In this document: positions 49,382 through 62,378 of the stretch, in pieces | Numbering within the stretch: position 1 is the stretch's first letter | Layout of the letters: each line of letters begins with the position of its first letter | Source of the DNA: Dudresnaya verticillata | Lineage: Eukaryota | Reading direction: 5' to 3' | DNA: 64,000 nt | Assembly: GCA_977862235.1 (NCBI GenBank) | Contig: OZ374557.1 | Coordinates: 2,976,001-3,040,000, forward strand | Translations under genes and position numbers: made by a program | Notes under the pieces: generated by a model | What the model was told of the DNA's origin: nothing | The model's input: only the letters and a program-made list of their open reading frames with translations | Database searches by the model: none

Positions 49382-49900
49382 TGTAATACAGTGAAGGGCT
49401 TACAGAAGTGGGCCCTCTGCCCGCGTGTATGCGCGGAAATAGCGTTACCTATAGGGCGCCAGCAGGGACAAGATGGGTAGCCTATGATTGGTCCAAGTGT
49501 CACCCTGCAGGTCAGTAGCTTAGTATCTGCCTATTTATTTTAGAAATTATTGCTTAGGATAGGGGGCGTGTATATAGCCCAGTATGAGGGGTGCTGCCTG
49601 ACAGTCGGAGTACCATATAAGGGTATCTCCCGTAGCGGTCACTGTACAGTAAAGGTAAGCACCTTCCGGCCCCAACTACGTCTCCAAGCTATTGGCACCG
49701 CAGCACACTTGTCACCCGTGCCCGGTTAACCGCCCGCCCAGTGAACTACCTTCAGTATCGTGCTTCCAATCAGGTTACGTGCCCTCGTCTACCCTCTGGG
49801 TTCCTCCCGCTCTACCACCGCTACCAGGTACCCGCTTTGTGGCTTTCTCATTGAGTGCACTCTTTGCGTTCACAAGAGACCTAAAAGGCACTTCGTTACA
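49382..49900 (+). repeat. 3' LTR of Gypsy B
   Basis: Direct repeat of 40441-40959. Confidence 0.97.
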
Positions 49901-50679
49901 ACAGATGCCTGCGCATTGATTTTCAGGGTCTGCCAGCATGGGCCTGTAAAATCTCTATTTGCATGATTGCTGCTTGAGAAATTATGTTATTGATAAAGAT
50001 TGCCTGTGAGATTCATTTCTGGGTTTGTATCGCCTGTAAAGATTAATTCACAGGCATGATGTCTGTAAAATAGAATGCATGAGCAAGATGCACGTGAAGC
50101 AATGTTTCAAGAGTGTGAAAATACATGTAATGGAACCAGTTAGAAGGAAGGGTACATAAGAGACAATAGGACTACAGGCTTCAAAATGAATGGCTGTAGA
50201 ACACGTTTTATAGACGCGTGGTCTGTAGAATTAATTTCACAGTCATTAAATCTGTAAAGACAGATATCAGGGTCTCCACAACTGTGAAACGTATTTTACC
50301 GGTCCTATGTCGCCAATGTGATGTTCTCATTCGCATTGCCCACGGCCATATAGCGGTGGCATAGTATGATGTTTCATCGGTAGTAAACTTCCGAAATGGG
50401 GCTTTGTGGCACAATGTACTGTGAAAGTATATTCAAGGGAGAAGTGTCTGTGAAATGAAATTCGGAGACGTCCTACCCAGCCTTTGAAAACATTTTCGAG
50501 AACAGGTCGGCTGAGAAAGTAATTTTACAGGCGACCTGCCTGGTAAATGTAGTATGCGGGTTCTTTGTTTTGCAATGGTCACGCTGCGTGACCATGATGC
50601 AGAGTACTGCTGTAATGCACTTTGATCATGGCGCGCGCGTGCCGCCGGCGGCTGTGCGCGCGCCTTCGCCAGCCATCTA

Positions 50680-53600
50680 TGTCGTCCGTAGCCGGTCGGC
50701 ACGCGCGCACGGCGTGAGAGTGGTGTATAATCACCGCTCTGCGGGCACGAGGCGCAGGGTCGCGGAACGCGGGGAAAGGGGCGCGAGCGGGGCGCGAGCG
50801 GAGCGAAGCGGGGCGCGAGCGGAGCGAAGCGGGTCAGAGAGGTGGGCGAGGTTTATCGAAGCAAGGGAAGAGGGCTACGGCAGACCACCGCGGCTGACGC
50901 AACGGACGTTTTCGTCAACGCTGCTTACTCTTCTACTTCGATCGTGCTCTCTCGGAGCGGGGGTGGTCTGCAGTGGTCAGCGGGGCTTGAAGTAGCCCAG
51001 CCAGTTGCAGTCGGGCGCGCGCGTCGCGCGCGGACGGCGCGTTGGTCGCCGACGGCGGGAGCACTGTAAGGTATCTTACAGTGCGACTCTGCGACACAGA
51101 TGGGTCCAAATCGACACTCCCCCTGTCGCAGAACGGTTGTCGGCGATGCGCGCATATCTAATTTGCATTAGACATAGGCGGGAAGAATAATCGCGGGCAG
51201 GGCGGCAATTTCCGGGCCCAAAATCAGGCGCCAAAATCGTCGGGTAGAAATTGTACACTATGATAATCATGAGGCGGGCAGATAAATCGGGCCCAGGGCG
51301 GCAATTTCGGGGCGGGAAATCGTGCGCCAAATGATCGGGTAGAAATTACCAACTGTGATAATCATCAGGCGGGATATAAGAGGCCACCGGTTGTGCCTTC
51401 CTTCCCCTCCCCTGCTCTGCTCACGAACCAACCTGACCGCGCAGCACCCTATGGCGTCCTGGTTTGCTTGTGGACTCGTCTTCACTCAAATGGTAGCTTG
51501 CTACCACTCCTTCTTGCCGATTGACCCATGCGGCGGGCTACAAGACACCTATGTTGTGCCGGTCCGCAGCTTCGCGCTCAACCTTGCGGGGGAAACCCCA
51601 ATGGGAGAGGTCCAATTCCTTTACGCCATCCAAACGTCGTATGGGTCGGAGCCCATAAGGCTTCGTGCCGAGTCCCAGTTGCAAGTTGGGGGGCTTCAAC
51701 CATCTTGGACACTTGGGGTGTTTGCATCGTCTTCTTCTTGTTCGTGGGTATGCGAAACAATGCGAGACTTGCGGAAATGCCTCAGAATACTGATAGTTTC
51801 TTTCTTCTTTGCGCGAACGGTAATGCGGTTGTGGCCACAGCGGTCATCGTGCGTCTCTGCTATTTGCGAACGATCCACTGCTCCGGCTGAATGTTTGGCG
51901 AACCGGAAACAACAACTTCTCGCAACTGTGCTTGACTCATCATCTTCGTCAAGCCATCAGAGATGTTGGAGCTATTGCGGACAAACCCGATGTCCGAGAT
52001 CGTCTTATCGCGGAACCCTTCGCGTGCCGCAGCGATATCAAGCATCATCCTCTTCTCAGATGTTCTGGAGCCTTTGGATATGGCGTCGAAGAGACTCTTG
52101 CTGTCGGTTAGAAGTTGGACCGGGACAGTCTTGTTGAGAAGAACCCCAAGCTCACCTGCGATGGCGATGGCGATGTCGAATATGTCGGAGAATGCTATAA
52201 CTTCCCCGGACATTGCTGAGCGAGTCACCCGTCTTGACTTGTACGACTTGAAGCTGACCGGGACTGAAGATCCACTGTCGTCAGTGAGAAGTACAACGTG
52301 GCCAAGCTTGGAACTGAGATCCCTGTTGTTAGCGAACGAGGCATCCGAGAATCCAATCACCTTAATGGTGTCTGCCTTCAACCTTGGGACTCGTAGGCGG
52401 ACTCGATGGTCAAACGCGTACGTTACAGCCTTGTTGATACGTCGGATATTGGCTTGCCTGTTCTTGAAGAAGTCTTCCTCTGTGACTTGTGCGAGCTGAG
52501 ATACTTCGAAAAGGCAGTCAGGGCGTGAGTTAGACAACCACGCAAGCTTCATGCGCATGGACCGGAATTCGCGAAAGGTTACATCTGGGTGCAGACATTC
52601 CAGCTTTCGGAGGTACGTGTTCTGGTCGATGTACATCGTTCCATCCTATCGCGATCGATGACAAATCCTGTGAACTCTGCTGGAAGCTTGGACTCGTCCG
52701 TCATCTCGAAGCGTGCGTTGGTTTTCTGCGAGAGTTTTCGAAACTTTTCGCTTCCGCAGCGGATGAGGTCGTCAACATAGCACCCACTCAAGCCTTGTAG
52801 TACTCATGCACTCAGCAGGTAGTACAGTGCGGGGTCAATGCACATCGGCTTCATTCCCAACTCAAGGCGGTGGTGCTTGTCAAGTGTGATATGCCACAGA
52901 TCTCCTGCATCGCATAGTCCATATAGCGGCTTCAAGAGTTGAAGACACTGATCAGGCTCAAGTTCAAACTCTGCAGCGGGCTTGCCGATGAACACATCTC
53001 GTGCCAATGGTTCGGAAGCTTGAAGATAGGCTTGCCTGATATCTGCCGTCCAGATGTCAAAGCCAAAGATGCCTGCCAACGCAAGAAGCAGTCTTACTGA
53101 CTGAGGTTGCAAGGTTGTCGTGGAGTGCACCATCATGTCCTTCATTTTGTCTCAATGGCCTCCAATGACGTATCGGGCCTTATACTTGATCTTGCCGTCC
53201 AGCGAGGACTTGATCGCGAGTACAAATCTGCCGGGAAGAACATTCGCGTCTCTTGGGATGTCTTCCTTGAGTATCACCTTGAACGTACCGCGCTGCATGA
53301 GGTTGCGGAGTTCTACCTTCTTGGCTTCAGTCATCCCGTAGTGCTTGGCTCGTTCACCGTTCGGATCAAGCACTGCCGTCATGAATATCCCATGCTCTTC
53401 CATCTTCGGGGACTTGAACGGGTTCAGACTTTTGTCGATGTCTGCCATGAAGGTTTGTGCAAGAAGTTCGGGGGTGAAGTATGGTTTCGCCTGCGTGACG
53501 CTGAAGGGCCGAGCGGGACTTCCTTCGATGTCTCTGATGAACACAAGCTTCTTGGAGTAGTCAACTGATTCTACTTCGAAGGGTCCGAGCCATTCTCCAA

Positions 53601-56600
53601 TGCGGTTGGCAATGATCTTCTCTCGAAATACAAGAACGCGATCACCAGGCTCATAGCTGCGCTCGGAAGCAGGTGGGACAGCATAATGAAGAGCTCGTCT
53701 GACCTTGAGCTCAGCCATCCGCTTCTTCATCTCCTCAAGAGCAGCTGTAGCAATAGAAGCGCGTTCAGCTACCGTGGGTCGAGGTCCGGGTTCTTCAGAC
53801 AAGGTAGCAATTTGTGGAAATTCCCCAAAGACAAGAGCAGAAGGTATTAGGCCTTCGGGTCCGAGGGTGTCGTTCATTGCCTTCACTGATGAAGCTAGAA
53901 GAATCTCCTTGCCTGCATGTGGGTAAGCATGCCTGAGCTTGGTGTATGTCGTTCGCAGCAGCTCATGGTACCTCTCGCACAGTCCAAGACAGGAGTGGGC
54001 TTCAATGCCGGTGCGGTTGACTTCATCGTTGTTGACTTGGGCTATGTGGATGAACTGTTGCCCAAACTGTGAGCCTTGGTCAGTGAGAATCCTGTTTGGA
54101 AGTCCGCAGTAGACGAGAGCCCAGCATGACATCAAGGTTGTCCAGATCGTCTGCGTCGACACATCAGGGAGGAATCGTGCGGCGCTGAACTTCGTGGCTT
54201 CGTCAACGATGTGGAGAACAGGCGCTGATTCAAGTGACATGATGTCAATGAGGATGAGTTCATTGAATCTTAAGTCTTCGGCACCAAACGATACACGGAA
54301 ACGATGAGGAGCGTGTTGTATTCGTTGACACGGGTCGCAACGTTTCGCGATGTCTTTGAGCGTTTCCATTGTTTGAGGTGTAGCTTCCTCTGGACGTGCT
54401 CGCTTAATAAGGTTGTATAGCTTCTGTGCGCTTACATGGAAGAACTGTCGGTGAATTCTTCGCAAATGTGGACGCGTGAAGTAGCTGGATGTCGAGAAGT
54501 GCATCTGAGCATACAAGTGGTTGCTTCCAGAGCGGGTCAACGGCACCGGCCATTCATTGAGGTGCACCAGCTTCCCTTCTTTGTCGGTGTGTCTCGTACG
54601 CTTGATGAGTTGGTTCGAGACAGTACATGGAGTCAAGGAGTGTTTGTCCAGTACGTCCATGCCAAGAAGTGCGGGGATGTCGGCTTCGACAATGTCCATT
54701 TCAACGTCGATGTTGCTTATGCCTGGTGGGGTCAACAGCGGTATGGAAATGCGACCGAGTGACTCGTATGTGGCGTCGGCAAAGCGAAACCTGTTGCGCG
54801 AGGGCATGGGTCTTCGGGAATGTATGCCTGCAGCAGTAAGGATGCGCTGCATCTCTTTGCGTCCTACGACAGACTTTGGAGCCCCAATGTCCACACAGAA
54901 GCCAGCTGGTCTTGTATTACGTATCTCCTTTCCAAGAGAACCAACGTGGATGTCTACCATGAAGATGTCTGGTGGCTTGGTGCTTTGGGATGAGTGGGAG
55001 TGCCTCGGGACTGCTTTGCGATGATGCTTCTGCCATCGTTTGTTCGCTCGGCGACAAGGCTGAGGCATTACATGCTCTTGTCACCTATCCAAAAATCCTG
55101 CGGCATACCAGCCGAGATGTGGTTGGTTACAAACTCCCCTTCCAAGTTCTCGATAGGGTCTACGAAGTTGGTCTGGATTCCGGTGTTGGCTAGAGCTGCG
55201 TCGAAGCGATCTAGTTCAGAATCTCCGGGTTCTCCATAGTGGACGTCTGCATATTCCTGATCCTGAGAACTTGTGAGTTCCTCCTACATGTCTCCGACAA
55301 GAGAAGCAAAGATGTGCGTGGCATCTTCACCACGAGCAATACGGCCCCGGATGTTGGACTGTATGGCTCCTTTCGCGCAACGATGCCCTGGCTTCCAATT
55401 GGCAGCACCACAGCGGAAGCACTCATTGCGACGTCTAGCATCAGCGAATGTGCGTGCACCACTGTTTCGTTGCTGGCTCCGAAGTTATGCACCAGGGTCA
55501 CCACCTTTGGAACCGTAGCGCGAGAGTTTGCGCGGGTTCCGACCATAGTGAAGCATATGAGTCTGGACACTGTTGCTGTGCCGAAGGTTGTCTTCTTCGG
55601 TGAGTCCTGTGAAGGTAGACTGGCGCGCATCTCCACTTATGAGCAACTCCAGCTGACGAAGATTCTGGATGGACTCGTGAAGCGTGGTGACGAACGCGTT
55701 GAAGCTGTAACCTTGCGACGTGATGTTCTGTATCGGAATGCGGGACCATTCTTGGAACTCAATCACTGCTCGGCGGAGGTAGTCAACCTTATGAGCATCA
55801 GAGCGGAAGTCCTTGGGGCATCGCGGTACAAGCTCGTTCATTGTCTCAACTAGCTGCGTCAAGCCATGTGCGACATCAGAAATGTCTTTCTTGGTCATGA
55901 AGGTCCGGAGACTAAGAGTCTCAAGAGTGCCTTTGACTTGGAGCTGACGATCATCATGACTTGGGTCTTCTCCTGATACGACATATCCTCTCGCGTGTGT
56001 TCAAAGTAGAACTTACGCGCAGCGCCATCTAATGCATGAACAAGAAGTTCTGCCTTGTGTGCCTGAGAGAGGTTGTACTGCTTTGAGCAGACTGCGTACA
56101 GCTTGAAGGTTTGATGGATGTCTTGAGCCAGGTGTCCGGAGAACTTGTATCCCTTGAACATCTGCTGGACGTAGTTAACCTTATGAGGGTCATCGCGCTG
56201 GTCACGATCATTGTCGGCAGTGTAGCCTCGACGTTGATCTGGGAAGCGGGTGGGAGGGTTTCGATCTCGGTCGTTGTGACCTGCTCCATCTCCGAAGTTG
56301 TTCGGCGGGGGTCCCCTGTTCGGGCGATGAGAACCTCTTCCAAAACCTTGAAACGGCGGACCATGAGGCTGATCGCCACTACCGGGCTCGGGGGTGACGG
56401 GCCGTACTTCTTTGGACCTTCGCTGGATCCATACGGATGCTGTAACAGGTTCGGATAACCGTGATACTCGTTGTTCTGGGCGGGTAGGGCGCGCGGATAG
56501 TAACTCCCATCGGGGACGCCAGTTATCATGTGCGCGTCATCGCCATCCCGCGTTTGGGCATACGAGTTTGCAGCGGAGAGGTACATCTGCTGCATGTTGT

Positions 56601-57835
56601 TGCCACGAACAACTTGGTTGTTTCCCGAGCGATGGCGGGGATGATCAGCGGCGTTGGTGGTAACACCGTGAATTGTAACTTGGTTCTTGTCGACTCGGAT
56701 ATCTTGTAGCATCGGAGCTTCTTGATCTTGACGGGAGATGGTATCTTCTCTCTCCTCAGCAACTGAGCTTTTCACAGTATTATTCTGGAAAGGAAGGTGC
56801 ATGAGTGGGTTCGGAGATCCACGACAAGCCTTGAACTGGCGTACAGCATCGATGGAGAACTCAGCTGTGCATCCAGTGAAGAAGCATAACCAAACGAGAC
56901 TGACAAATCCTTTGTTCTTCTGCTCAGTGTCTGAGAGGCTAACTTTGTCCCAATACTGTTGGTGGACATCATCAAACTCGTAGAGTCGGGCCACCTCAAA
57001 CAGACTGTTGACTGGGAAAGTAGGCACCTCGAAGAAGTCTTCTGTGAAGATCTTCTTGGGCAGCGGTAGAAGCTCCATCGCAAATCTTGCGGCCTTCTCG
57101 GTAGGAGGCTTGGCTTCCACTTCTTCGTAATCCCCTGCACTGCTCGTTGGGGCATCGGAAAGCGGGTAGGAAGAGAGAACAGAAATAGCAACGTTGATCA
57201 GTTTCTGCGAAAGCTCATCAGAAGGTTGGAATGATTGAGGCAGCGGATTAGGTTGGCAGCCTTCGTCTTGAACTCCTTCCTTGAGGTCTTCTTGTCTGCG
57301 GCCGAAGCCTTGGTATGACTGCGTGTGCTCGCAGTCATTTTTTCAGACGGTGTGGGTTACGATCGTAACAAAGTCTTGAGCGACGAAGTCGGCGCGTGGA
57401 ACCGGGTAGGAATCCGGATTGTCGTCCGTAGCCGGTCGGCACGCGCGCGCGGCGTGAGAGTGGTGTATAATCACCGCTCTGCGGGCACGGGGCGCAGGGT
57501 CGCGGAACGCGGGGAAAGGGGCGCGAGCGGGGCGCGAGCGGAGCGAAGCGGGTCAGAGAGGTGGGCGAGGCTTATCGAAGCAAGGGAAGAGGGCTACGGC
57601 AGACCACCGCGGCTGACGCAACGGACGTTCTCGTCAACTCTGCTTACTCTTCTACTTCGATCGTGCTCTCTCGGAGCGGGGGTGGTCTGCAGTGGTCAGC
57701 GGTGCTTGAAGTAGCCCAGCCAGTTGCAGTCGGGCGCGCGCGTCGCGCGCGGACGGCGCGTTGGTCGCCGACGGCGGGAGCACTGTAAGGTATCTTACAG
57801 TGCGACTCTGCGACACAGATGGGTCCAAATCGACA
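50680..57835 (-). mobile_element. Two-LTR Ty1/Copia retrotransposon with 5-bp TSD ATCTA
   Basis: LTRs 50680-51116 and 57420-57835 (TG...CA, about 6 substitutions plus a 21-bp tandem indel). atcta at 50675-50679 and 57836-57840. PPT agggggag at 51117-51124 (minus). PR-IN-RT-RH order. Confidence 0.98.
51860..57120 (-). pseudogene. Copia gag-pol polyprotein, frameshifted
   Basis: Knuckle CFRCGAANWKPGHRC; protease CVDIGAPKSVVG; integrase HRQFFH..CDPC, LIDIM, LTDQGSQF, GLCERYH; RT KARYVIGGH, DIRQAYLQ, LLKPLYGL, YVDD; RNase H FSDASFA, LTDSKSL, SDGLTK. Confidence 0.95.
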
Positions 57836-58276
57836 ATCTAGGCACCTCTCGTCAGTGAGCGGAGAGGGGGGCCAGTCCATTTCGTAAAATGCTTTTTCGA
57901 ATACTTCTAGGCCGCACGTCCCGAAAGACCACCCGTCATTGCGCGCTCCTAAGGCCGCCGAACCAAGTATGATAAATGCTGTACGTGCCTAATGTTTCGT
58001 CCCCTCCGAATTCCTGTATTAGAGAGATTACGATACAGAAATTATTTTCACATGTCTTGATATCGCGTTACACGCCATACACGTAGGAGGCGTGAAACTC
58101 AATTTGATGATCCGGCCGAGTCGTTTTTCGCTTGGAGAGCTGGTAAGCGAAAGAAGAGAAAACACCCGTGAGAGGGCCCTTCCGAGACGGCCCAATTTCA
58201 AGGGGGTCTTCCCGCCAGATCAGAGCGCTTCCACAGTACAGATAGCAACCTTCACACCACGCGCCGTACTCGCAAA

Positions 58277-59194
58277 TTGCGGCAGCGCGCGCTCCCAACC
58301 ACCAAGATGGCCACACCGCTTGCATCCAGCTCCGAGGAGGTGCAACCAACCCCAGCCGCACCGCGTGGAGCTACGCAGCAGCAGGGCGTCAGCATTCGCA
58401 AGAAGCGCATCCGATTCTCAGCAGCCTACGATCTGTTCCTACTCAAGGCTGTTGTCGCGGTTGACGCTCACATCGCTCCTCATGGCGAGGCCCAAGCGCG
58501 CTTAGAAGAGGCTTTGCGGATCTTCCTCTCAGCTTTCCCCAGTGGTGCTCTGGAGAACGTCTGCGCCCCAAGCTGGAAATCGCTAAACGACCGATTTAAG
58601 AAGCTAGTTGGTGACCACCGTACCGCGGTACGAAGTAACTCCAATGCATCAGGAATAATTGAGGTTCGGGGCGAGCGCGAGTCAATCCTAGATGATGTCA
58701 TACTAGAGATAGATGAATGGGAAGAGAAGCGTCGAACTGAGCGGGATGAACGAACCGAACTGGACAGACTGTTGATGGAGGCAGGAAAAGACATACGGTC
58801 AAAAGCTCTAGCTCGGTCCGGATCACGCAACGGAGATGATAACTCAGCTGGAGGTCGAAAGGACAGTGGCAAAAAGCGCCGTCTTGTTGTGGCCTCAGAT
58901 GATGACGAAAAAGACCTAATAAGCGAACATATAGCCGAGAAGCGCGCCATGGATGATAAACGGATGCAATTAGAAGTCGAACGGTTTGCATTTGAGAAGC
59001 GTCAGGCGGAATTCAAGGAACACCGGGTGGGACGCGCGCAGAATCTAGAAGAGAGGCGCATAGAGTTGGACAAAAAACGTATTGAGCTGGAGTTGGAACG
59101 CGCAGCACAGGACAAAGAAGATCGCCGAGATGCCCGTGCGGAGCGAAAAGGGATGCTTTCAGTGCTCGACGCGCTCGTCCGGAAGCTGACGTAA
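58277..59194 (+). CDS. Harbinger accessory Myb/SANT-like DNA-binding protein with C-terminal coiled coil
   Basis: RIRFSAAYDLFLLKAV..SWKSLNDRFKKLV..ASGIIE; charged helical tail; convergent with the transposase inside the TIRs. The true start is probably ATG at about 58307. Confidence 0.8.
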   Translation: MRQRALPTTKMATPLASSSEEVQPTPAAPRGATQQQGVSIRKKRIRFSAAYDLFLLKAVVAVDAHIAPHGEAQARLEEALRIFLSAFPSGALENVCAPSWKSLNDRFKKLVGDHRTAVRSNSNASGIIEVRGERESILDDVILEIDEWEEKRRTERDERTELDRLLMEAGKDIRSKALARSGSRNGDDNSAGGRKDSGKKRRLVVASDDDEKDLISEHIAEKRAMDDKRMQLEVERFAFEKRQAEFKEHRVGRAQNLEERRIELDKKRIELELERAAQDKEDRRDARAERKGMLSVLDALVRKLT

Positions 59195-59389
59195 AGGTTG
59201 GACTCCATCAATCGTTTCCAGTGGCGTGTCTTGGAAATGTGCACGCGAAGAGACAGCAGACAGCGAGGAGAACATAGTATGGGGTCTATGCTTCCATGCG
59301 AAAGACAACAGTGAAATAGTGATGTCCGCGGACTGGGTCCTTTCGTACAGGTCCACCAACAGCCTCTATGTTTACTACTGTTCACCAAC

Positions 59390-60517
59390 TTATTGTTCTA
59401 ATGTGGGCGCAGGGCAGTTAAAGTAACTTTCAACTTGCCCCCCGTGATTTAAACAAACCTTAAAGTTCCACAACAACGCAGCACACTTGTACAGAAGTGC
59501 AATAGGCGCTTGACGTACTTTGAGATGGCGTTTGTAATCTTGGGAGGACCACATTTGCTTTAAATCCTTATAAGTCCATTCCACAGCCTCCCGAACAGCA
59601 CTCATCGCCGCATTATAGGCCTGCTGGGCCGGTGATGCTCCTATACGATTGTATGCTGTCTGTAACCATGGACGCAGAATAAATGCAGCATCTCCGTATA
59701 AGCAGTACTGTACTCCATCGATTGTTAGGGCCGTTTCTAGTAGGTTGTTCATGCCGCTTTGCCTGTACAGGGTCATATCATGTCTGCGTCCTACTTCCGG
59801 GCCGTATAAGTTGAACATAAGTCCGTCTGGCGTTGTGATGGTCTGATAGATGAGACCGTGGAATCGCTTATGTCCCGAACAACAGCTGCATTGGTTAGCT
59901 CCAGAACCGCCAGGGCGACACATTTGTATTTTGGTACAGTCAATGAACCCAACACAATTGTCCAACGGCGCGCCTTTGGCGTGGATTGCTTGTGCATACA
60001 TTGCAGCTCGGCGGTTCATGAGATCGTGACGGAAGGCTTGCAACAGGTTCACGCGAGCCCCAATAAACGCTTCCACAACCTCCCAAAAAACCTCGCACAT
60101 GGCCGATGCTCGCATACCAAAGGTATACTCGATGTCCTTCCAGCGCATAGGGTATGCCAGCTTTTTCAGCAATATACATGTTGCTGTAAACGGATGACAA
60201 CGGTAGCTAGAACGCTTGGTCTTTCCTGACGTCCATGCCGTTAGTTGCGCGAGCTTTCCCAAGTCAGATTTCTTGAAGCGGAACTGTCGAACGCATTACT
60301 CTTCAGAGAAAACGTTAATGTTAAAATACGCCATAGATATCTGCAGCGAACGTAGATGGATGCGCCGCACATCGCGTGCTGCTTGTCGGAAATGTTTCCG
60401 ACATCGCAGCAAGAGCTCGTCATCTGCGCCTAGAACTAGGCTCTGCAGCATTGTGCGCTTTCGGTTGGCTGCACGACGCACAGCACGGCCGATCTCGAAG
60501 TCCTTCTGTTGCATGAT
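59390..60517 (-). pseudogene. Harbinger DDE transposase (DDE_Tnp_4/HARBI1-like), one premature stop near 60296
   Basis: CVGFIDCT, SGHKRFH, PDG, GRRHD, LYGDAAF, YNAAMSAVREAVEW; N-terminal RQFRF..LLKKLAYP.RW. Confidence 0.92.
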
Positions 60518-60700
60518 GGAATTCGCCGGCGAATGGTGTACAGTGAGTAGGAGGAGAGGGCCTGCTAGTACTCACAATTGTGAATGAACACGCAAACCGT
60601 AATTGAATATGTGATCTAGATGTGGCTGGGCTACACCTCCATATTTCTGACTCAGTTTACTTGCTCATCTCATTTCTGCACGGTTCCGTAATCTCTCTAA

Positions 60701-62378
60701 TATGTCGATAGTTCGTTGGAACGTGGTCGGGGCATTGGTCCATCCGAAAGGCATACGCTTATAGCGGAAGAGACCGGCGTGGCACGTGAAGGCTGTCTTG
60801 TCGCGATCCCGCGGAGCAATTGGCACTTGCCAGTACCCGCTATTACAGTCTAGGGTGGTGAAGACGTTGGCATCCCCTAGGCTGTCGATGCACGCGTCAA
60901 TCCGTGGTAACGGGTACGTATCCCGCACGATTACTGCATTCAGTCGACGATAATCAACGCAAAAGCGAAGAGTACCATCCTTCTTCGGGGCGAGGACGAC
61001 TGGCGACGCCCAAGGCGATTGTGCAGGTTCGATAACCCCTTGACACACAACATGCGATCAACCTCCGCTTGAGCGAGCTGTCGTTGTTTCGGGCCAGAGC
61101 GATACGGCGGTGAAGAGATCGGGCGAGAGCCGGGGAGTAAGTCGATATAGTGTTCCGTGGTCGCTATTTCTCCCAGTGAGCCGTCCCACATTGACGAATA
61201 GCGGCGCAGCATCTCCTTTAACCGGCCTTGATGCTCAGCGGACAGATGACTCAAGTCGAAATCGTCAACTGACGGAGGCTTGGCGAGCGTCGCTTCGATA
61301 GACTTAGCGAAAGTGTCCGGCTTGCCGCGACGCCATCGTTCGTTTTAAAACGAAAGTCTTGTTTGGCTTCCTCGTCCTGTTCTTGGCCTTCGGCGATACC
61401 CAATACATCGACCAGACTTATGTGACTGGGGAACAATGCTGTTGGATGTGGTAACGCCATGGCAACGACCTGCGCTTTCGCGAGCGGCTGCGCCCGAGGC
61501 GAGAAGTTGGCGACTAGGATGCGGAACGCTTTGAAGGGCTCCACCTGGGCAATCCCGTTCGTAACGAGCATGCCTTGCCGACCATACATCGTTCCGAACG
61601 GCTAGATCGGTATCACTCCGGAACGTTCCGTGGTAAACGAGACCCACTTCTGCGCCTGAGGCGGGATGATGGTACGTTCGGTTGAACGAATCTTGGGCGA
61701 AGTCCTCCCTCCGACCTGGCCGTACTCTTGCTCCGGTGGTAACGGCGGGTACGACGGCGGTCGACGAAGCGGGCAGCGTGTGATCGGGACTCGGGTCCTG
61801 TCGTCCAATTCAACCTCGCGACTTCGCCGATATGTCGCTTCGACAAAGCGGTCGCAAAAGTCGCAACCGAGTATGACCGGCGCAGCGAGCCGTTCACATA
61901 CGATCAATTCCAATTTAACGACCCGTCGTCCGAGACGTACGACCAAGTCGATGGTTCCGCACGTCTGTATTGCCTTATTGTTGGCGTCGGAAATAACGGG
62001 CAGGCTCTTGGCAACAATATGCGAACGCGCTTCTAGCGGGATCTCGTTAATACGGATGAAGTTAGGACCAGCCCCGGTGTCGAGGTCAGTACGTTTACGG
62101 GCCAAGGTATTGGTGGTGGTGCCAAGGTCGGCGTACACCTTATAGTTTCGCTTGGCCATTACGAACAACTGTCCTCGCCCCTTCGGAGGCTGGTACCTGT
62201 GGTGCAAGCGTCTGAGACGATGGACCGCCGAGCAGTCCGGGGCTCGGTGGGTAGCTACGCCCTTGGCAGTGGGTAGTCCCGCCGTGGGTGACTTTTTGGT
62301 AGAGCAAAGGACACGCCTTGGGCGGACTGTAGACGCCCGAGGCGGGAAGGAAGGGAAAAGGAAACAGAAAGGGAACAT
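60701..62378 (-). mobile_element. Ty3/Gypsy pol fragment (protease and N-terminal RT), cut by the Harbinger
   Basis: LDTGAGPNFI, VILGCDF, SPWASPVVL, LRFCVDYR, LDCNSGYWQ, MPFGWTNAPTTFQRTIDI. Confidence 0.95.

Larger units (their letters stand above)
40441..49900 (+). mobile_element. Ty3/Gypsy element B with two LTRs and a chromodomain integrase (chromovirus-like), decayed
   Basis: 519-bp TG...CA LTRs at both ends, PBS, PPT, and gag-PR-RT-RH-IN-chromo order. Several premature stops. Flanks cgagg / acaga do not match. Confidence 0.97.
58022..60697. mobile_element. PIF/Harbinger DNA transposon with two convergent genes
   Basis: 11-bp TIRs gagagattacg (58022-58032) and cgtaatctctc (60687-60697), flanked by TTA and TAA. 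Confidence 0.88.
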
